This document shows positions 61,420-64,000 of a DNA stretch of 64,000 bases, in pieces (the stretch's first letter is position 1; the number at the start of each line of letters is the position of its first letter). The notes beneath the pieces were generated by a model. The model did no database searches. It saw only the letters and a program-made list of their open reading frames with translations, and was not told the origin of the DNA. Position numbers and translations under genes: made by a program. The stretch comes from Lachnospiraceae bacterium (GTDB lineage Bacteria; Bacillota; Clostridia; Lachnospirales; Lachnospiraceae), in NCBI GenBank assembly GCA_031280955.1, contig JAITGA010000015.1:9334-73333 (forward strand). The letters are read 5' to 3'.

Positions 61420-64000
61420 ATGACTAAGCAGGAATTTCAGAAACTGGCAAGTGAAAAAATACTAATACTCGATGGCGCAACCGGAGTACATCTCTCACGA
61501 GCAGGGATGCCAAAGGGGGCTTGTCCTGAGCGGTGGGTGATGGACAACAGCGAAGTCATCCTCGCTTTGCAAAATGCCTATGTCGAGGCAGGAAGCATGA
61601 TTCTTTATGCTCCCACTTTTTCTGCCAATCGTATCAAACTGGCAGAATATGGGTATGAATCGCAGATAAAGGAACTCAATCACGGATTGGTAAAACTGGC
61701 GAAGGAAGCTGCCGCCGGAAGAGCTTTGGTTGCCGGTGACTTGACGATGACGGGACAGATTCTTTACCCAAGCGGGGATTTGGATTTTGATGAACTAGTC
61801 GATGTATACAAAGAGCAAATCTCGTTGTTGGCGGCTGCCGGAGCAGATTTACTGGTGGTGGAAACGATGACGAGTTTGCAGGAAACCCGTGCCGCCTTGA
61901 TAGCCGCTGCGGAGGTATGTGATTTGCCGATGATGGCAACGCTTACTTTTGAGGCAAATGGGAGGACATTATTTGGTTCTGATGCGACCACAGCTGCGGT
62001 GGTGCTTTCGAGTCTGGGAGCGGCGGCAATCGGTGTCAATTGCTCAACCGGTCCGGAAGCGATGGCAACAATCGTTCGTGATATGGCAGCGGTGACACAT
62101 TTACCCCTGATAGCCAAACCCAATGCGGGACTACCATCGTTAAATGAAAAAGGGGAAACTGTCTACAACCTACCTGCGGATAGTTTTGCTGTTGATTTCC
62201 AACCGCTCATTACTGCAGGGGCGAGTATTATCGGCGGTTGTTGTGGTACTGACCCTACATATATTGCGAACTTGAAGCAAAAATACGGCAAGATGAAGCC
62301 GGAAATCAGGGAAATGACACAAATCCGTCATTTATCAACGGAACGGAAGACATTCTCGTTTGCAGCGGAGAACTTTGTTTCCGCAGAAACTCCTGCTTTG
62401 GTTGGTGTAACTGCTGCTGCCAACACTTCTACTTATAATGATATTCCCCTTATAATCGTCGGTGAAAGAATCAATCCTACCGGAAAGGCAAAACTGCGAG
62501 AAAAGCTGAAAGCAGGAGATTTGGATATTATCTATGATATCGCTGCCGTTCAAGAAGAAGCGGGAGCGCAGATACTCGATGTCAATCTGGGGATGGAGGG
62601 AATTGATGAAGTGGCTTTAATGAAAGAAGCAGTCAGCTTTTTGCCGCTTTACACGAGTTTGCCGTTGGCAATAGATTCAAGCCGTCCCGAAGTAATCGAG
62701 ACTGCACTACGCCATTATCCGGGACGGGCACTGATCAACTCAATCACCTTGGAAAAAGCCAAATACGACCATATTCTACCCTTGGCAAAGAAGTATGGAG
62801 CGATGTTTATCCTTTTACCCCTATCAGATCAAGGTCTGCCTGCCGACATCAGCGAAAAAATAGCAATTATCGAGAAAATTACTGCTAATGCCAGCGAAAT
62901 AGGGATACCCAAACGGGATATCATCGTTGATGCCTTGGTAACGACCATTGCCACTAATGCGAACGCTGCAAAGGAAGCTCTGGCAACGATAAAATATTGC
63001 AAAGAGCATGGGTATCTCACGATATGCGGGCTGTCGAATATCTCCTTTGGACTGCCGGAGCGGGCGAAGATAAACAGTACTTTCCTACAGATGGCAAGTG
63101 AAGCGGGACTGACGATGGCAATAGCCAATCCCGAACAAGAGCTTAGGGAATATGATGAATTGGCAGCAGAACTGCTTTGCGGGGTAGCAGGTGCGGATTT
63201 ACGCTTCATTGACCGAGCGAGTCAATCAGCTGATGTGTCCACAGTAACAACGACAGCCGACACCTCGTCATCAGCCGACACCTCGTCATCAGCCGACGCC
63301 TCGTCATCAGCCGACGCCTCGTCATCAGCCGACACCTCGTCATCAGCCGACACCTCGTCATCAGCCGACGCCTCGTCATCAGCTGACACCTCGTCATTGC
63401 GAGCAAAGCGAAGCAATCCAACTGATAAAGATAACAACACTACCCCCAACAACACCCAACACCTGGACAATGTCAAACTGGGGGTGCTGCGGGGACAGCG
63501 TGAGCAGATAACCCAGTTGGTAATGACAGCACTAGATAATGGTACACACGCTGCCGCTTTACTCAATGATTACTTGATGCCGGCGATTATCGATGTTGGC
63601 GAACTCTATGACAACGGTACATATTTCCTGCCGCAATTGATAGCAGGGGCGGAGACAATGAAGACGGCACTTTTATACTTGAAGCCATTTCTGCAAGATG
63701 AAGCTGAGAGCGATGACAAACACCCCATGAAACCCAAAGAGACGATAGTTATCGCTACCGTTGCCGGAGATATTCATGACATCGGCAAGAACTTGGTCGC
63801 CTTGATGCTTGCCAATCATGGTTACAATGTCATTGATTTGGGCAAAGATGTTGCCACCGAGGAAATTATCGCCGTTGCCAAAAAGGAAGAGGCGGCATTT
63901 ATCGCCCTTTCGGCTTTGATGACAACAACAATGCCGGAAATGAAAAACGTTGTCGCCGCCGTCAAAGCCGAATCAATGAACACCAGAGTACTCATCGGCG
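61420..64000 (+). CDS. metH: Cobalamin-dependent methionine synthase (MetH-type; 5' part, runs off the window)
   Basis: I checked the frame by hand as open at the start (61420 onward) and continuously from 62281 to the window end. Hcy-binding domain (KILILDGATGVHL...), pterin-binding domain (GERINPTGKA, DVNLG, GLSNISFGLPER), B12 cap, and the DxHxxG motif (GDIHDIGKN). It is absent from the ORF track because no stop lies inside the window. Confidence 0.88.
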   Translation, partial: MTKQEFQKLASEKILILDGATGVHLSRAGMPKGACPERWVMDNSEVILALQNAYVEAGSMILYAPTFSANRIKLAEYGYESQIKELNHGLVKLAKEAAAGRALVAGDLTMTGQILYPSGDLDFDELVDVYKEQISLLAAAGADLLVVETMTSLQETRAALIAAAEVCDLPMMATLTFEANGRTLFGSDATTAAVVLSSLGAAAIGVNCSTGPEAMATIVRDMAAVTHLPLIAKPNAGLPSLNEKGETVYNLPADSFAVDFQPLITAGASIIGGCCGTDPTYIANLKQKYGKMKPEIREMTQIRHLSTERKTFSFAAENFVSAETPALVGVTAAANTSTYNDIPLIIVGERINPTGKAKLREKLKAGDLDIIYDIAAVQEEAGAQILDVNLGMEGIDEVALMKEAVSFLPLYTSLPLAIDSSRPEVIETALRHYPGRALINSITLEKAKYDHILPLAKKYGAMFILLPLSDQGLPADISEKIAIIEKITANASEIGIPKRDIIVDALVTTIATNANAAKEALATIKYCKEHGYLTICGLSNISFGLPERAKINSTFLQMASEAGLTMAIANPEQELREYDELAAELLCGVAGADLRFIDRASQSADVSTVTTTADTSSSADTSSSADASSSADASSSADTSSSADTSSSADASSSADTSSLRAKRSNPTDKDNNTTPNNTQHLDNVKLGVLRGQREQITQLVMTALDNGTHAAALLNDYLMPAIIDVGELYDNGTYFLPQLIAGAETMKTALLYLKPFLQDEAESDDKHPMKPKETIVIATVAGDIHDIGKNLVALMLANHGYNVIDLGKDVATEEIIAVAKKEEAAFIALSALMTTTMPEMKNVVAAVKAESMNTRVLIG
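63256..63393 (+). repeat. 18-bp tandem repeat array (about 7.7 units, TCATCAGCCGACRCCTCG) in frame within metH
   Basis: Read directly from the sequence. It encodes (SSSAD[TA])n in the linker between the pterin-binding and B12-cap domains. Confidence 0.9.
63394..63420 (+). repeat. Short copy of the TCATTGCGAG...GAAGCAATCCA repeat module, inside the metH reading frame
   Basis: TCATTGCGAGCAAAGCGAAGCAATCCA matches the 3' module of repeat copies A and B in the same orientation. It is translated as SLRAKRSNP. Confidence 0.75.

Noticed and set aside
63256-63393. Possible CRISPR array
   Set aside because: The 18-bp units are directly adjacent with no spacers, lie in frame in a coding sequence, and have no cas genes nearby.
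63206-63566. Two minus-strand ORFs with LMTRCR/ADDE repeats
   Set aside because: They are generated by the 18-bp tandem array. The + strand frame is continuous with the MetH domains on both sides.

Overview
The window looks like core chromosome from a Bacillota/Clostridia-type anaerobe (inferred from gene content: HydABC bifurcating [FeFe]-hydrogenase, Rnf, yloU-yloV-recG, hisZ). Almost all core genes are on the + strand: a compact dcw cluster (mraZ-rsmH-ftsL-PBP-mraY-ftsW-ftsQ-ftsZ), fpg, a WYL regulator with an SPFH/Arc-like operon, mnmA, cmk-ispH-rpsA, cheR, a four-gene rnfCDEA cluster, a GH25 muramidase, asp23/DAK2, recG, degV, a type IIA topoisomerase pair, rsmD, coaD, an amidase, rlu, recU, hisZGD-B-IE and the 5' part of metH. 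A hydCBA-pyk block lies on the - strand. Between tRNA-Leu(CAA) at 24336-24419 and asp23 at 35492 sits an accessory island of about 11 kb. It is visibly AT-richer by eye (not computed) and mostly on the - strand. It carries a RelE/ParE toxin-antitoxin pair, decayed gene fragments including an orphan groEL 3' end, an HTH-dinD pair and a small serine recombinase. The most interesting locus is in this island: a tightly packed string of a Cys/Tyr-rich micro-ORF, a vWA (TerY-like) protein, a PP2C phosphatase, a transglutaminase-like Cys-His-Asp protein, and an 866-aa membrane Ser/Thr kinase with an extracytoplasmic Big_2 plus lectin-like module. This is a TerY-P-type triad with extra components that I do not know to be described. 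It lies directly downstream of two hix/res-like 24-26-bp palindromes and the recombinase gene. Other oddities are an RnfE with a roughly 330-aa repeat-rich K/E tail containing an AT-hook-like motif, no rnfG or rnfB in the cluster, a structured interspersed repeat family of about 115 bp, and an 18-bp tandem array plus a repeat fragment inserted in frame in the metH interdomain linker. All calls come from reading the sequence and ORF translations by eye; no searches were run.
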